Source of the DNA: an uncultured cyanobacterium
GTDB taxonomy: Bacteria; Cyanobacteriota; Cyanobacteriia; Cyanobacteriales; CAWUOF01
NCBI GenBank assembly: GCA_963744145.1
Contig: CAVUSO010000001.1
Coordinates: forward strand, 448,001 to 512,000
Reading direction: 5' to 3'
DNA: 64,000 bases
In this document: positions 1 to 10,383 of the stretch, in pieces
How the letters are laid out: each line of letters starts with the position of its first letter
Position numbering within the stretch: position 1 is the first letter of the stretch
Program-made: the position numbers and the translations under genes
The notes under the pieces: model-generated
The model's input: the letters and a program-made list of their open reading frames with translations, nothing else
Told to the model about the DNA's origin: nothing
Database searches by the model: none

Positions 1-228
1 ATCAACAAGGTGAGTTGAGTTTTGAATCAAACTTAGCCATCTGACTTTTTGATCATCAGTTAATTTTAGTTTTCTTCTAGCTAATACCTCCCGATACTCT
101 GCTAAAATCTCTTCTGAAACTCCCCATTCATAGTTAGATTGAGCAATAATACAAGCAATAATAGCTTTTGGTTTTCTACCAGCGATCGCCGCATATACTA
201 GAATATTAGTATCTATCAATACTCTCAT
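1..228 (-). CDS. PIN-domain (VapC-like) toxin, runs off the window's left edge
   Basis: Manual translation from ATG 228: MRVLIDTNILVYAAIAGRKPKAII...VSEEILAEYREVLARRK, open to base 1. The N-terminal 'IDTNI' motif is typical of PIN domains. Not in the ORF track. Confidence 0.8.
   Translation of the reverse strand, partial: MRVLIDTNILVYAAIAGRKPKAIIACIIAQSNYEWGVSEEILAEYREVLARRKLKLTDDQKVRWLSLIQNSTHLVD
182..189. repeat. HIP1 octamer GCGATCGC (one example of many across the window)
   Basis: GCGATCGC recurs throughout, e.g. 182, 3033, 6730; hallmark of many cyanobacterial genomes. Confidence 0.95.
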
Positions 229-389
229 TCTCCTCTCCGATAAGCATCAATTTCTTCAGCAATTTCTGCTTCATTTAAACAATTATCAAAGTGTAAAGCT
301 TGCGTTTCTTCACACAAGTCAATAAACTTTCTAGCTAAAGTTTGTCTGTCTAGATCTGAGCGATCATTATTTTTAATTTCCTGCATCAT
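225..389 (-). CDS. Small putative antitoxin (54 aa) coupled to the PIN toxin
   Basis: MMQEIKNNDRSDLDRQTLARKFIDLCEETQALHFDNCLNEAEIAEEIDAYRRGE*. Its TGA overlaps the toxin ATG (ATGA) and the C-terminus is acidic. Confidence 0.65.
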   Translation of the reverse strand: MMQEIKNNDRSDLDRQTLARKFIDLCEETQALHFDNCLNEAEIAEEIDAYRRGE

Positions 390-466
390 TTTAACTTTCC
401 TATCTAGTAAGCTTTTTACTTGGATTGAGAATAATTCGGATCATAAATTGCTGCTCTTTTTGTTAA

Positions 467-706
467 TTACTCCTCACTCAGAATCTGACGCAAAACCCCC
501 TCTGTTAGTGATTCTAATGCCAAAATATCTGCCGTTATTTCCTCCAAACTCCGTAATAGCTTAAACCGATAAAAATACTTAGTAAATGAAATTTCATAAC
601 CCCTGACTGTCTTATCATAATCGATCCAAGCATCCGGAACATGGGGCAAAACTTCACGGGTAAAATAGTCATCAATATTTTCTTTAATGGGACACTTTCT
701 GTCTCT
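467..706 (-). pseudogene. Orphan C-terminal fragment of a type I R-M methyltransferase (HsdM)
   Basis: IKENIDDYFTREVLPHVPDAWIDYDKTVRGYEISFTKYFY...RSLEEITADILALE resembles the conserved tail of long HsdM proteins. No upstream MTase body is present. Confidence 0.7.
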
Positions 707-709
707 ACT

Positions 710-1464
710 GGAAGAAATTTATAAGTCTGTTCAGGTGTTGTAATAAAGTCAACCCAAACGCTTAGGTGAAGTGGAACTGATTTCTTATCCTCTTTTGAGA
801 GATTAAATTCATCTTCTAATTGAATGGCTGATATATTACCCTTTTCTGTAAAGTCTTGTTAGTGGTCGAGCAAGTCGAAGAACGCAACAAACATCTGGGA
901 CTGGAGTTAAATGAACCCCAACCGCGTTTCTTTTAAAGAACTTACTCAATAAAGAGCGAAACTTTGTCCAAGATATCAGTCGAAAAACCCTGTTCAAGTG
1001 TAGTATCTTCTCCCCGAACCTCTCTAGTGTTTCTATTGCGATAGAAAAATTCTATTGCACCAGTTGCAAAGATTTCGCACTCTAAGTAGTATTCAGATTT
1101 TGACCATGTGTACATGAAATTATCTAGTGAATCAAGATATAATCGAAGCCCCTGGTATCGTTGTCGTTGATGATTGATAGCCTATCAAACCAATATCTAG
1201 CTGTCTTAGAGGATAAAGCTGATAATATTTGCTACCTTCAGCATTTCCAAAATTAGCCGATATCTGTGCTGGTGAACGAATTGGTTTAACCATTCTGACA
1301 GAAGTAGCAGGATTCTTTTTTTTCAGATCGGTCAGTGAGGTTGTTAAGAGAGTTTCTTGATATTCTCGTTCTTGTTTTTCCAATGGAGATCTAGTCATAA
1401 TGTCTTTCACCTTCTTGTAGAGGATACTGTTCGCAAATATCACAGACAAGATCAGACGACTCAA
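710..1464 (-). pseudogene. Degenerate hypothetical gene(s), frameshifted
   Basis: The 110-aa ORF continues in another frame as YLDSLDNFMYTWSKSEYYLECEIFATGAIEFFYRNRNTREV...LFIE*. A second broken frame follows (...EFNLSKEDKKSVPLHLSVWVDFITTPEQTYKFLP). Confidence 0.4.
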
Positions 1465-1520
1465 GAACGTAAAAAGACTCCCTCTCTAGCTTACCTTCAT
1501 CTCGACATTCCTTCGATCAA

Positions 1521-1620
1521 GTAAAAAGCTCTAATCAGCAAGATCCAACTCTATTTGCTGATCTAAAACTTGATTTTTGAGTAAATGATTTTATTAGGCA
1601 GTAAATGACTTTATTGTTTC
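1521..1620 (-). mobile_element. Tn7-like transposon end (array of putative TnsB sites) at the glmS attachment site
   Basis: Four to five imperfect repeats with an exact 20-bp period; cores AGCTCTAAT, AACTCTATT, AACTTGATT, GATTTTATT, GACTTTATT. The minus strand reads ACAATAAAGTC..., as in Tn7 ends, about 25 bp past the glmS stop. The terminal TGT is not seen. Confidence 0.6.
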
Positions 1621-1642
1621 TATGTTATCCATTATCTATTTC

Positions 1643-3517
1643 CTACTCCACTGTCACAGACTTGGCCAAATTTCGAGGCTGATCTACATCTAAACCACGT
1701 AATGCTGCAATATGATAAGCTAAAAGCTGTAAAGGAATCAAAGTTAATACTGGAGAAAGTAACTCATCTACGGCTGGTACTGATAACAAATCATTAAATA
1801 TTTCCGCCGCATCAGGGTTATCTTTAGGAGTAACTCCAATTAAACGTGCATCCCGCGCTTTAGCTTCTTGAGCATTAGAAAGAGATTTTTCATAAACACT
1901 ACCGGGCATCGCGATCGTCACTACGGGAACTTTTTGATCTAACAAGGCGATCGGACCATGTTTTAACTCACCCGCTGGATAACCTTCGGCATGAATATAA
2001 CTAATTTCCTTTAACTTTAAAGCCCCTTCCAACGCGATCGGATAATTAATCCCACGTCCCACAAAAATAAAATCCTTCGTCTCGGCAAACTGATGAGCTA
2101 ACTCGGCAATATGATGTTCTTGACTTGCTAAAACTTGTTCAATTTGCTCGGGTAATTTCCGCAACCCGACCATAATTTCTTCTATCTGTTGAGCTGAAAT
2201 AGCATGATCACGATAGCCTAAATCCAAAGCCAAAGCATAAAAAGCAATTAACTGAGCTACAAAAGATTTAGTCGCAGCTACACCAATTTCAATCCCAGCA
2301 TAAGTATTAATAATCTGAGGTACTAATCGAGCCAAAGAACTATCAGGACGATTAGTAATTCCTAGTAACCGGGATTTATATTTAGAACCTTGAGCAGCAC
2401 AGCGATGTTCTTCCATGGCTAAAGCAGCTAAAGTATCAGCAGTCTCTCCTGATTGAGTAATGCCGATCGTCAAAGTATTAGATCTCAAAGGTGGGGGTGC
2501 ATAACGAAACTCAGAGGCATAATGTACAGTTGTGGGAATTCCAGCTAACTGTTCGAGTAGGTATTTACCGACCAAACCAGCGTGCCAACTAGTGCCACAA
2601 GCAACTATTTGGATTTGGGCTAAATCTTGATAAAACTCATCTGGTAAATTAAACTTAATCGGCATTTCCGGCGATTCAGGGTGCCAGTTACTATTCAGAT
2701 AAGCCTCTAAACAAACCCGAACTACACCCGGTTGCTCATAGATTTCCTTGAGCATGAAATGTTTAAACCCTTGTTTTTCTACCAGAATGGGATTCCATCC
2801 TAAGAGCTGAGGATTTTTCTTTAACCGATGACCATCAAAGTCATAAACTTCCACACCCAGAGGAGTAAGACGAGCCATTTCCCGATTTTCTAACGGTAAA
2901 ACCGCTCGAGTATAGGACACTAAAGCAGGTGTATCGGAAGCACAGAAAAATTCACCTTGACCAAATCCAATCACTAGGGGTGCTTGTTGTCTAACAGCAA
3001 TCAACTCATCTGGATAATCCGCAGCTAAAACTGCGATCGCAAAAGCTCCTTGTAATTCAGCTACCGTTAACCGGACCGCATCTAAAAAAGAAGTATCAGG
3101 TTTAGCCAAATATTCAGCAATTAAATGGGGAATAACTTCTGTATCAGTTTCAGAGACAAATTTATGTCCGCGACTTTTCAGACCATCCCGCAATTCTCGA
3201 TAATTTTCAATAATGCCATTTTGCACTACCGCTACCCGTTGCGCTGTATCAAGATGGGGATGAGCATTATGTTCTTCCGGTTTACCGTGTGTGGCCCAAC
3301 GAGTATGACCAATACCGATCTGAGCCGGAGTTTGAATATTAAATAATTTTTCTCGCAGATTATTAAGTTTACCTTTAGCCCGAATACAATGAATTTTATC
3401 TTCCCAAATGGTCGCCAGACCCGCAGAATCATAGCCCCGATATTCTAACTTTTCTAAACCTGCTAGTAAAATTTCACTGGCCGCTTGAGTGCCGATATAG
3501 CCAACAATTCCACACAT
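1643..3517 (-). CDS. glmS: Glutamine--fructose-6-phosphate transaminase (isomerizing)
   Basis: MCGIVG N-terminus, GHTRWATHG, and C-terminal PRNLAKSVTVE; 624 aa. Confidence 0.99.
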   Translation of the reverse strand: MCGIVGYIGTQAASEILLAGLEKLEYRGYDSAGLATIWEDKIHCIRAKGKLNNLREKLFNIQTPAQIGIGHTRWATHGKPEEHNAHPHLDTAQRVAVVQNGIIENYRELRDGLKSRGHKFVSETDTEVIPHLIAEYLAKPDTSFLDAVRLTVAELQGAFAIAVLAADYPDELIAVRQQAPLVIGFGQGEFFCASDTPALVSYTRAVLPLENREMARLTPLGVEVYDFDGHRLKKNPQLLGWNPILVEKQGFKHFMLKEIYEQPGVVRVCLEAYLNSNWHPESPEMPIKFNLPDEFYQDLAQIQIVACGTSWHAGLVGKYLLEQLAGIPTTVHYASEFRYAPPPLRSNTLTIGITQSGETADTLAALAMEEHRCAAQGSKYKSRLLGITNRPDSSLARLVPQIINTYAGIEIGVAATKSFVAQLIAFYALALDLGYRDHAISAQQIEEIMVGLRKLPEQIEQVLASQEHHIAELAHQFAETKDFIFVGRGINYPIALEGALKLKEISYIHAEGYPAGELKHGPIALLDQKVPVVTIAMPGSVYEKSLSNAQEAKARDARLIGVTPKDNPDAAEIFNDLLSVPAVDELLSPVLTLIPLQLLAYHIAALRGLDVDQPRNLAKSVTVE

Positions 3518-3691
3518 TTAACCTAAACTCCTAGTTAATTCTGGATTTGGTTAGTCAAAGCCTGATCAAATTAAAATAGATTTACCCTAGCGTAAATCTG
3601 ACAATTTATATAACTAACTTGCTTTGATATTCTGTTAACTGCAATTATATTCCGGAATATTGACATTGGCCAATTAATCAACAGTTTTGAC

Positions 3692-3718
3692 AAAACAGGG
3701 GAGCAATTTGCTCCCCTG
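3692..3718 (-). terminator. Stem-loop downstream of psaC
   Basis: CAGGGGAGCAA/TTGCTCCCCTG inverted repeat followed by TTTT on the minus strand. Confidence 0.65.
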
Positions 3719-3774
3719 AAATCTGAAAAATTTGCAGATGGATATGAGTGGACTTGAGTCTGTAGTAAATCTAC

Positions 3775-4047
<273 letters not shown>

Positions 4048-4206
4048 CTACCACCACAACTGAGAATCATCGCTTAGTTTACCGTAGCAATCTTAATAAT
4101 TCATGCAAAAGGTAACAGAACTTAAAAATTCGCAATCCCTTATACAATAAAAGGTTAGAGTCTCGCTGCGCCAAACTTAAATGTAAAGAAAGATTGCGTT
4201 ATATTT

Positions 4207-5121
4207 TCAGGTGTTTGAGATCCCGAGTTTTTCTAATAAAGGCTGAGTAGAAACAACATGGCGATCTAGGCCCAGGGTTTGGGGCGAAATACCTAGAGCT
4301 AAAGCCACTAATTGAGGTAAATGCAGAACTGGGAGAGCTAATTTATGTCCAATTAACTTTTCCACCTCGGGTTGTCGGGAATCTAACTGGAGGTGACAAA
4401 GAGGACAAGGAGTTACCAAACAATCAGCCCCATGGTCAAGTGCTTCCTGAATATGATTAGCTGCCATTTGAAAAGCTTGATTAGGAGCATAACTCGAAAT
4501 CGGCCAACCACAACATTGAGTACGTCCTTGATAATAAATCGGCGTCGCCCCAATTGCCCGAAAAACATTTTCCATCGATTCCGGTTGATGGGGGTCATCA
4601 CCCGGCAAATTTGTTTGGCCCCGAAGCAGATAACAGCCATAAAATGCAGCGCAGTTAAGACCAGTAAGTTGACGAGTGACTCGACTTTGGATCTCGGCTA
4701 AACCATAATCAGCAACTAAAGCCCAAAGCAGATGCTTTACTTCTGTATTACCTTGATAAGGTGAACAACCCTCTTTTTGCAGTAAGCTATTAACTTGGCT
4801 AAGATAAGTTGGATCTGTATGCTGAAATTCCTTAAGTCGCTCATCTACATGGCCAATAACGCCTTGACAGGTGCTACAATGGGTCAGCAACGGCAGATTT
4901 AATTTCTCAGCTAAAGCAATATTACGACCATTGATCGTATCTTCTAAGAGTTGAGAATCCTCTTTAAAGGTGCCAGACCCACAGCAAGATGCTTGTTTGA
5001 GTTCTATCAGTTCAATCCCTAGCGCTTGAGTCAGCGCTTCGGTAGACTGGTAAAGTTCGCGACAAGCTCCTTGGGCAACACAACCAGGGAAATAAGCATA
5101 TCTAAGTTTCTTGGATAACAT
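4207..5121 (-). CDS. Heterodisulfide reductase subunit B-like (CCG-domain) Fe-S protein
   Basis: YFPGC, CCG (twice), CSTC, YGC and CPLC motifs. Confidence 0.88.
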   Translation of the reverse strand: MLSKKLRYAYFPGCVAQGACRELYQSTEALTQALGIELIELKQASCCGSGTFKEDSQLLEDTINGRNIALAEKLNLPLLTHCSTCQGVIGHVDERLKEFQHTDPTYLSQVNSLLQKEGCSPYQGNTEVKHLLWALVADYGLAEIQSRVTRQLTGLNCAAFYGCYLLRGQTNLPGDDPHQPESMENVFRAIGATPIYYQGRTQCCGWPISSYAPNQAFQMAANHIQEALDHGADCLVTPCPLCHLQLDSRQPEVEKLIGHKLALPVLHLPQLVALALGISPQTLGLDRHVVSTQPLLEKLGISNT

Positions 5122-5341
5122 AGCTTTGGGTAAATTTTGAATACTCGCACTAAAAATGAAGGAGAAAATGACCCGATAATAAATATCATGCCTTGTCCGT
5201 AGTTATTGCACTCATTTAAATTTGAGTGGCAAAATTACCTAGTGTCACTTATAAAAAAGGCTATTCATAGATAAAACTCGATCGCCTTTCAGATAAGATG
5301 AGAAAACGCTAAACAGTAAGTCTACCCAAAAAAAATCCATT

Positions 5342-5587
5342 ATGAGCCAAACCGATGTTTTTGAGAAAGTGAAAAAGATAGTAGCCGAACAGTTATCAGT
5401 GGAGCCAGAAAAAATTACGCCTGAGTCCAATTTTGCCAATGATCTGGGAGCTGATTCCCTTGATACAGTAGAATTGGTAATGGCATTAGAAGAAGATTTT
5501 GACATCGAAATTCCTGACGAAGCCGCAGAAAAAATAACCACAGTCCAAGATGCTGTGGATTATATCAAAAACCAAACAGCAGCCTAA
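5342..5587 (+). CDS. acpP: Acyl carrier protein
   Basis: [18 protein letters not shown] motif; lies directly upstream of fabF. Confidence 0.98.
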   Translation: MSQTDVFEKVKKIVAEQLSVEPEKITPESNFANDLGADSLDTVELVMALEEDFDIEIPDEAAEKITTVQDAVDYIKNQTAA

Positions 5588-5651
5588 GTGCGGCATCTTT
5601 AATCTAACTGGGTTCTGCGTTCTTGGAGCTTAAACCCTCGAAACTGACATC

Positions 5652-6906
5652 ATGGCATATTTTCAAAGTAAACGGGTTGTTGTCACGGGTCTCGGCGCGA
5701 TTACACCGATCGGCAATACCCTAGCTAATTATTGGGAAGGGTTATTGAGTGGGCGCAATGGTATTGGCCCAATATCTTTGTTTGATGCTCGTCGGCACGA
5801 CTGTAGGATCGCTGGTGAAGTGAAGGATTTCGATCCTCACATTTATATGGATCGCAAAGAAGCCAAGCGCATGGACCGCTTTGCCCAATTTGCTGTTTCT
5901 GCCAGCAAGCAAGCGATTCAAGACGCACAGTTTGTGATCAATGACCTGAACGCAGAACAAGTAGGCGTCATCATTGGCACGGGAATTGGAGGTCTGAAGG
6001 TGTTAGAAGATCAGCAAGAAGTCTATCTCACCCGCGGCCCAGATCGTTGTAGCCCCTTTATGATTCCCACCATGATTGCTAATATGGCAGCAGGATTAAC
6101 CGCGATCCATACTGGCGCAAAAGGACCAAATTCTTGTCCAGTCACGGCGTCTGTGCTGCGGGTTCAAATGCTGTGGGCGATGCCTTTCGTCTAATTCAAA
6201 GAGGCTATGCCCAAGCTATGATTTGTGGTGGCACCGAAGCTGCAGTCACACCCCTATCATTTGCTGGATTCGCTGCGGCTAGAGCCCTATCTACGCGCAA
6301 TGATGATCCCAGTCATGCCTGTCGCCCGTTTGATCTCCATCGCGATGGTTTTGTGATGGGTGAAGGAGTGGGAATTCTGATCATTGAAGAACTTGAACAT
6401 GCCCTGAGTCGTGGGGCGAAAATCTATGCGGAAATAATTGGTTATGGGATGACTTGTGATGCTTATCACATCACATCACCGGTGCCAGGAGGAATCGGCG
6501 CAGCTACGGCAATTCAATTGGCCATAAAAGACGCAGGTTTAAAACCAGAAGAAGTGAGCTACATTAACGCTCACGGACCAGTACCCCCGCCAATGATTCG
6601 ACAGAAACAGCTGCCATTAAAAAAGCATTAGGAGCCCATGCTCACCAAGTAGCAATTAGCTCCACCAAATCAATGACAGGTCATTTGTTAGGTGGATCAG
6701 GTGGGATTGAAGCTGTAGCTACGGTCATGGCGATCGCCCATGATCAAATTCCACCCACGATCAATCTGAAAAATCCAGATCCAGCCTGTGATCTGGACTA
6801 CGTTCCCAATCAGAGTCGTGCCCAAAAAGTAGAGGTGGCCTTATCCAACTCCTTTGGATTTGGTGGTCACAATGTTACTCTGGCGTTTAGAAAATTCCAT
6901 TACTAA
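5652..6906 (+). CDS. fabF: Beta-ketoacyl-ACP synthase II, split by two frameshifts (probably sequencing errors)
   Basis: Three consecutive ORF pieces: RVVVTGLG...GPNSCPVTA | CAAGSNA...YINAHG | TSTPAND...[10 protein letters not shown]. There is a +2 nt shift at ~6150 and a -1 nt shift at ~6576. Confidence 0.93.
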
Positions 6907-7133
6907 TTGCTCAGTCGCAATTGTGACAGCCGGACTGAGGGATAACAGCCCACATTTCACCGCATCGATTTTCAATTAGAAATGAGAAATTCTTGCCCAT
7001 AAATCCCCATGATGGGATTATGGGTAATAACGTCTTGGGGGTGATCCGAAAACACCCAAACCATGAGACGCGATAACCTTATATATTTCTCTCAACCTCG
7101 CTCATCACAGTTAGACACTCACTCATAAAAATC

Positions 7134-9140
7134 ATGCCTGTTGCAACCCAATCCCTCGAAGCACTCTGTATCAATTCCATCCGCTTTCTGGCAATTGATG
7201 CCGTTGAAAAAGCCAAATCTGGACACCCAGGGCTGCCTATGGGCGCAGCACCAATGGCCTTTGTCCTCTGGGATCGCTTTATGCGGTTTAACCCCAAAAA
7301 TCCTCAATGGTTTAATCGCGATCGCTTTGTCCTCTCCGCTGGCCACGGCTGTATGTTGCAGTATGCCCTGATGTATCTGACTGGCTACGACAGTGTTACT
7401 CTCGATGACATTAAGCAATTCCGTCAGTGGGAATCTAAAACCCCCGGTCACCCGGAAAACTTTATGACGGAAGGGGTAGAAGTAACAACTGGCCCCCTCG
7501 GACAAGGTATTGCGAATGGGGTCGGATTAGCGATCGCAGAAGCCCACCTAGCCGCTAAATTCAATCAGCCAGATCACAAAATCGTAGACCACTACACCTA
7601 CGTGATCTTAGGTGACGGTTGCAACATGGAAGGTGTTTCTGGTGAAGCTTGTTCCCTAGCTGGACATTTGGGTCTGGGTAAGCTAATTGCTCTCTACGAT
7701 GACAATCACATTTCCATTGACGGTTCTACGGACATTTCTTTTACCGAAGATGTGGGTAAGCGTTTTGAAGCTTATGGTTGGCACGTCATCCATGTGGCCG
7801 ATGGTAATACCGATCTTAACGCAATTGAACAAGCGATCGCTGCTGCCAAAGCGGTTACGGATAAACCATCTCTCCTAAAAATTACCACCACCATTGGTTA
7901 TGGCTCGCCCAATAAAGGCAATAGTGCTGATGCTCACGGTGCAGCGTTGGGTCCAGATGAAGTAAAAGCTACTCGCGAAAGCCTCCAGTGGGAATATCCA
8001 CCCTTTGAATTACCAGCAGACGCGCTGAAGCACTTCCGTCAAGCAATCGATCGAGGCGCTCAAGCGGAATCAGAATGGAATAAAACCTTTGCTGATTACA
8101 AAGCTAAATATCCTGAAGCTGCGGCAGAATTTGAGCGTCTGGTCAGCCATAAGCTCCCGGATGGTTGGGAAAAAGCCTTACCTACCTATACTCCTGCAGA
8201 TAAAGCTGTTGCTACCCGCAAACACTCGGAAATTTGCCTGAATGCTCTAGCAAAAGTTTTACCAGAACTAATTGGTGGTTCGGCGGACTTAACCCACTCT
8301 AACTACACTGAATTAAAAGGTTTTGGTAACTTCCAAAAAGGACAATACGCGAATCGGAACCTCCGGTTTGGAGTTCGGGAACATGGAATGGGCGCAATTT
8401 GTAACGGAATTGCCCTCCACGGCTCCGGTTTAATTCCTTATGGTGCCACTTTCCTAGTCTTTACCGACTATATGCGTGCGGCGATCCGGATTTCTGCCCT
8501 ATCCCGTGCTGGTTCAATTTGGGTAATGACTCACGACTCGATCGCTTTGGGTGAAGATGGTCCAACTCACCAACCAATTGAAACTATTCCATCTTTACGA
8601 GCCATCCCCGATTTATTAGTAATTCGTCCTGCGGATGGTAATGAAACTTCTGGAGCTTATAAAATCGCCATTGAAAATCGTCAACGTCCGACTTTATTAG
8701 CCCTATCTCGTCAAAATCTGACTAACTTAGCTGGTAGTTCGATCGAACAAGTGGCTAAGGGGGCTTATATTCTTTCTGACAGCGAAGGGACTCCAGACAT
8801 TATTCTAATTGGTACTGGTGGTGAAACTGAGCTAGTAGTTAAAGCCGCAGAACAGTTACGTGCTGTAGGTAAAAAAGTTCGTGTAGTCTCTTTCCCATGC
8901 TGGGAATTATTTGAAGAACAAGATGAAGCTTATCGGGAATCTGTATTCCCTAAAGCTGTGACTAAGCGTCTAGCTGTGGAAGCTGGTTCTAGTTTTGGTT
9001 GGCACCGTTATTTAGGTAATGAAGGTGCTATAATCAGCATTGATCGTTTTGGCGCTTCGGCTCCTGGTAATGTAGTTTTGGAAAAGTTTGGTTTTACCGT
9101 TGATAATGTGGTTGCTCAAGCTAAGGAATTGTTAGGATAA
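7134..9140 (+). CDS. tkt: Transketolase
   Basis: [21 protein letters not shown] (TPP motif) and GEDGPTHQP motifs. Confidence 0.98.
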   Translation: MPVATQSLEALCINSIRFLAIDAVEKAKSGHPGLPMGAAPMAFVLWDRFMRFNPKNPQWFNRDRFVLSAGHGCMLQYALMYLTGYDSVTLDDIKQFRQWESKTPGHPENFMTEGVEVTTGPLGQGIANGVGLAIAEAHLAAKFNQPDHKIVDHYTYVILGDGCNMEGVSGEACSLAGHLGLGKLIALYDDNHISIDGSTDISFTEDVGKRFEAYGWHVIHVADGNTDLNAIEQAIAAAKAVTDKPSLLKITTTIGYGSPNKGNSADAHGAALGPDEVKATRESLQWEYPPFELPADALKHFRQAIDRGAQAESEWNKTFADYKAKYPEAAAEFERLVSHKLPDGWEKALPTYTPADKAVATRKHSEICLNALAKVLPELIGGSADLTHSNYTELKGFGNFQKGQYANRNLRFGVREHGMGAICNGIALHGSGLIPYGATFLVFTDYMRAAIRISALSRAGSIWVMTHDSIALGEDGPTHQPIETIPSLRAIPDLLVIRPADGNETSGAYKIAIENRQRPTLLALSRQNLTNLAGSSIEQVAKGAYILSDSEGTPDIILIGTGGETELVVKAAEQLRAVGKKVRVVSFPCWELFEEQDEAYRESVFPKAVTKRLAVEAGSSFGWHRYLGNEGAIISIDRFGASAPGNVVLEKFGFTVDNVVAQAKELLG

Positions 9141-9170
9141 ATTCTTTACGAAAAATACCCCATTCAAAAG

Positions 9171-9196
9171 GCTCTCTATTACTAGAGAGCTTTTTT
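9171..9196 (+). terminator. Intrinsic terminator after tkt
   Basis: GCTCTCTA/TAGAGAGC stem followed by T6. Confidence 0.8.
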
Positions 9197-9203
9197 ATAT
9201 CCT

Positions 9204-9337
9204 CATCCGGTTCAGTTAAGGATATTTTTGAGAATCTCGGCGCAGAAGAGGGTGAAGCATTCGGGTATAATGTTACTGGCTTGATTGTTCAATTGTCGCC
9301 CGAATGCTTCACCCCTACACTTAACTGAACGGGATTG
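9204..9337. mobile_element. MITE-like element (GTTCAGTTAAG...CTTAACTGAAC ends) with an internal REP-like palindrome
   Basis: Degenerate terminal inverted repeats of the same family as 14654 and 40252. Internal 16-bp inverted repeat GGGTGAAGCATTCGGG (9250) / CCCGAATGCTTCACCC (9299). Confidence 0.7.
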
Positions 9338-9386
9338 AAACTACCCCCACAACAGGTCTATCTTATATTTAATGGATCTGACCGAG

Positions 9387-10175
9387 TTAATTGGTATAAC
9401 CAGTTTTGGTCAAAAATTGTTGCAAATTATTAAAAAAATCATCGCGATCGTCAAAGGTATAAATTGATCTTACTTTTTGCCAACCAAGCGCACCTTGACC
9501 TAATAGATATTGATCCGCTAAATAAGCTGCTAAAGGTGCTTTGATCTTTTCTAGTGCTAAGTTGGCTTTATCGTTCTGAGCTATGTTCCAGAACCGATCA
9601 GCATTTTCTTGGATCGATTTGGGATATTCACGAGTAACATCGATTAACTGACCTTGCTGATATTGCCAAATTTGTGGGGGATAACAAGAACCAGCATAAG
9701 CTGCAAATTGATAAGCAAAACGATCATCCCTACTGTAAAATGTTAGATTATTGTTCTGGTTATAGTCTAAAACATAGTATGCTCCTCCATTACCCCAATA
9801 ATGTTTAAGAAAAATATATTGATTATTTTGGAACCTACCAATTAAAGAAATTTCACAGCAATGTGCACCACCAGTACGAAAATCTACGATTATTTCTGGT
9901 TCTCCACTTTTGTCTAAATCGATGATGAGAAGACCTGTTTTATTTAATCCCTTTTCATTCCCAACATAAACGGGATTACCTAATTCTTTGTAAGGAATAT
10001 CATAGTTATATGTCTGTCCCTGACGAGTAATTTTTAAGATACTATTTTGTCCTCTAGTATAGGAAAGTTCTGCTGATATTTGTCCAGATTGGCTCGATTT
10101 CACTTCCGCGATCGCTGGATTGGCAATTAGGACAATTCCTGGTATGGTAGCTAGTAAGAGACTTAAATTTCGCAT
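9387..10175 (-). CDS. Secreted hypothetical protein (TGGAHCC motif)
   Basis: Signal-peptide-like N-terminus ending PAIA; 262-aa ORF. Confidence 0.8.
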   Translation of the reverse strand: MRNLSLLLATIPGIVLIANPAIAEVKSSQSGQISAELSYTRGQNSILKITRQGQTYNYDIPYKELGNPVYVGNEKGLNKTGLLIIDLDKSGEPEIIVDFRTGGAHCCEISLIGRFQNNQYIFLKHYWGNGGAYYVLDYNQNNNLTFYSRDDRFAYQFAAYAGSCYPPQIWQYQQGQLIDVTREYPKSIQENADRFWNIAQNDKANLALEKIKAPLAAYLADQYLLGQGALGWQKVRSIYTFDDRDDFFNNLQQFLTKTGYTN

Positions 10176-10383
10176 AATTGAAACCCCACACTTACTTATT
10201 GATGATCTAATGATATAACAAAATATCTGCCGGTTCAGAACGAACTGATCCTGAACATTATTATTTAGCGATCGGAGGATTGATAATTTTGACTTGATCT
10301 AAAAACTGCTTAATCTGGTCAGAACATCCCCAGCAAAAGTATACTTAGAAGTTAAAATCTAGTTAAATCTATACTTTACTTCC

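Noticed and set aside
3518-3774. glmS ribozyme upstream of glmS
   Set aside because: AT-rich spacer with only the psaC terminator; no recognisable ribozyme core.
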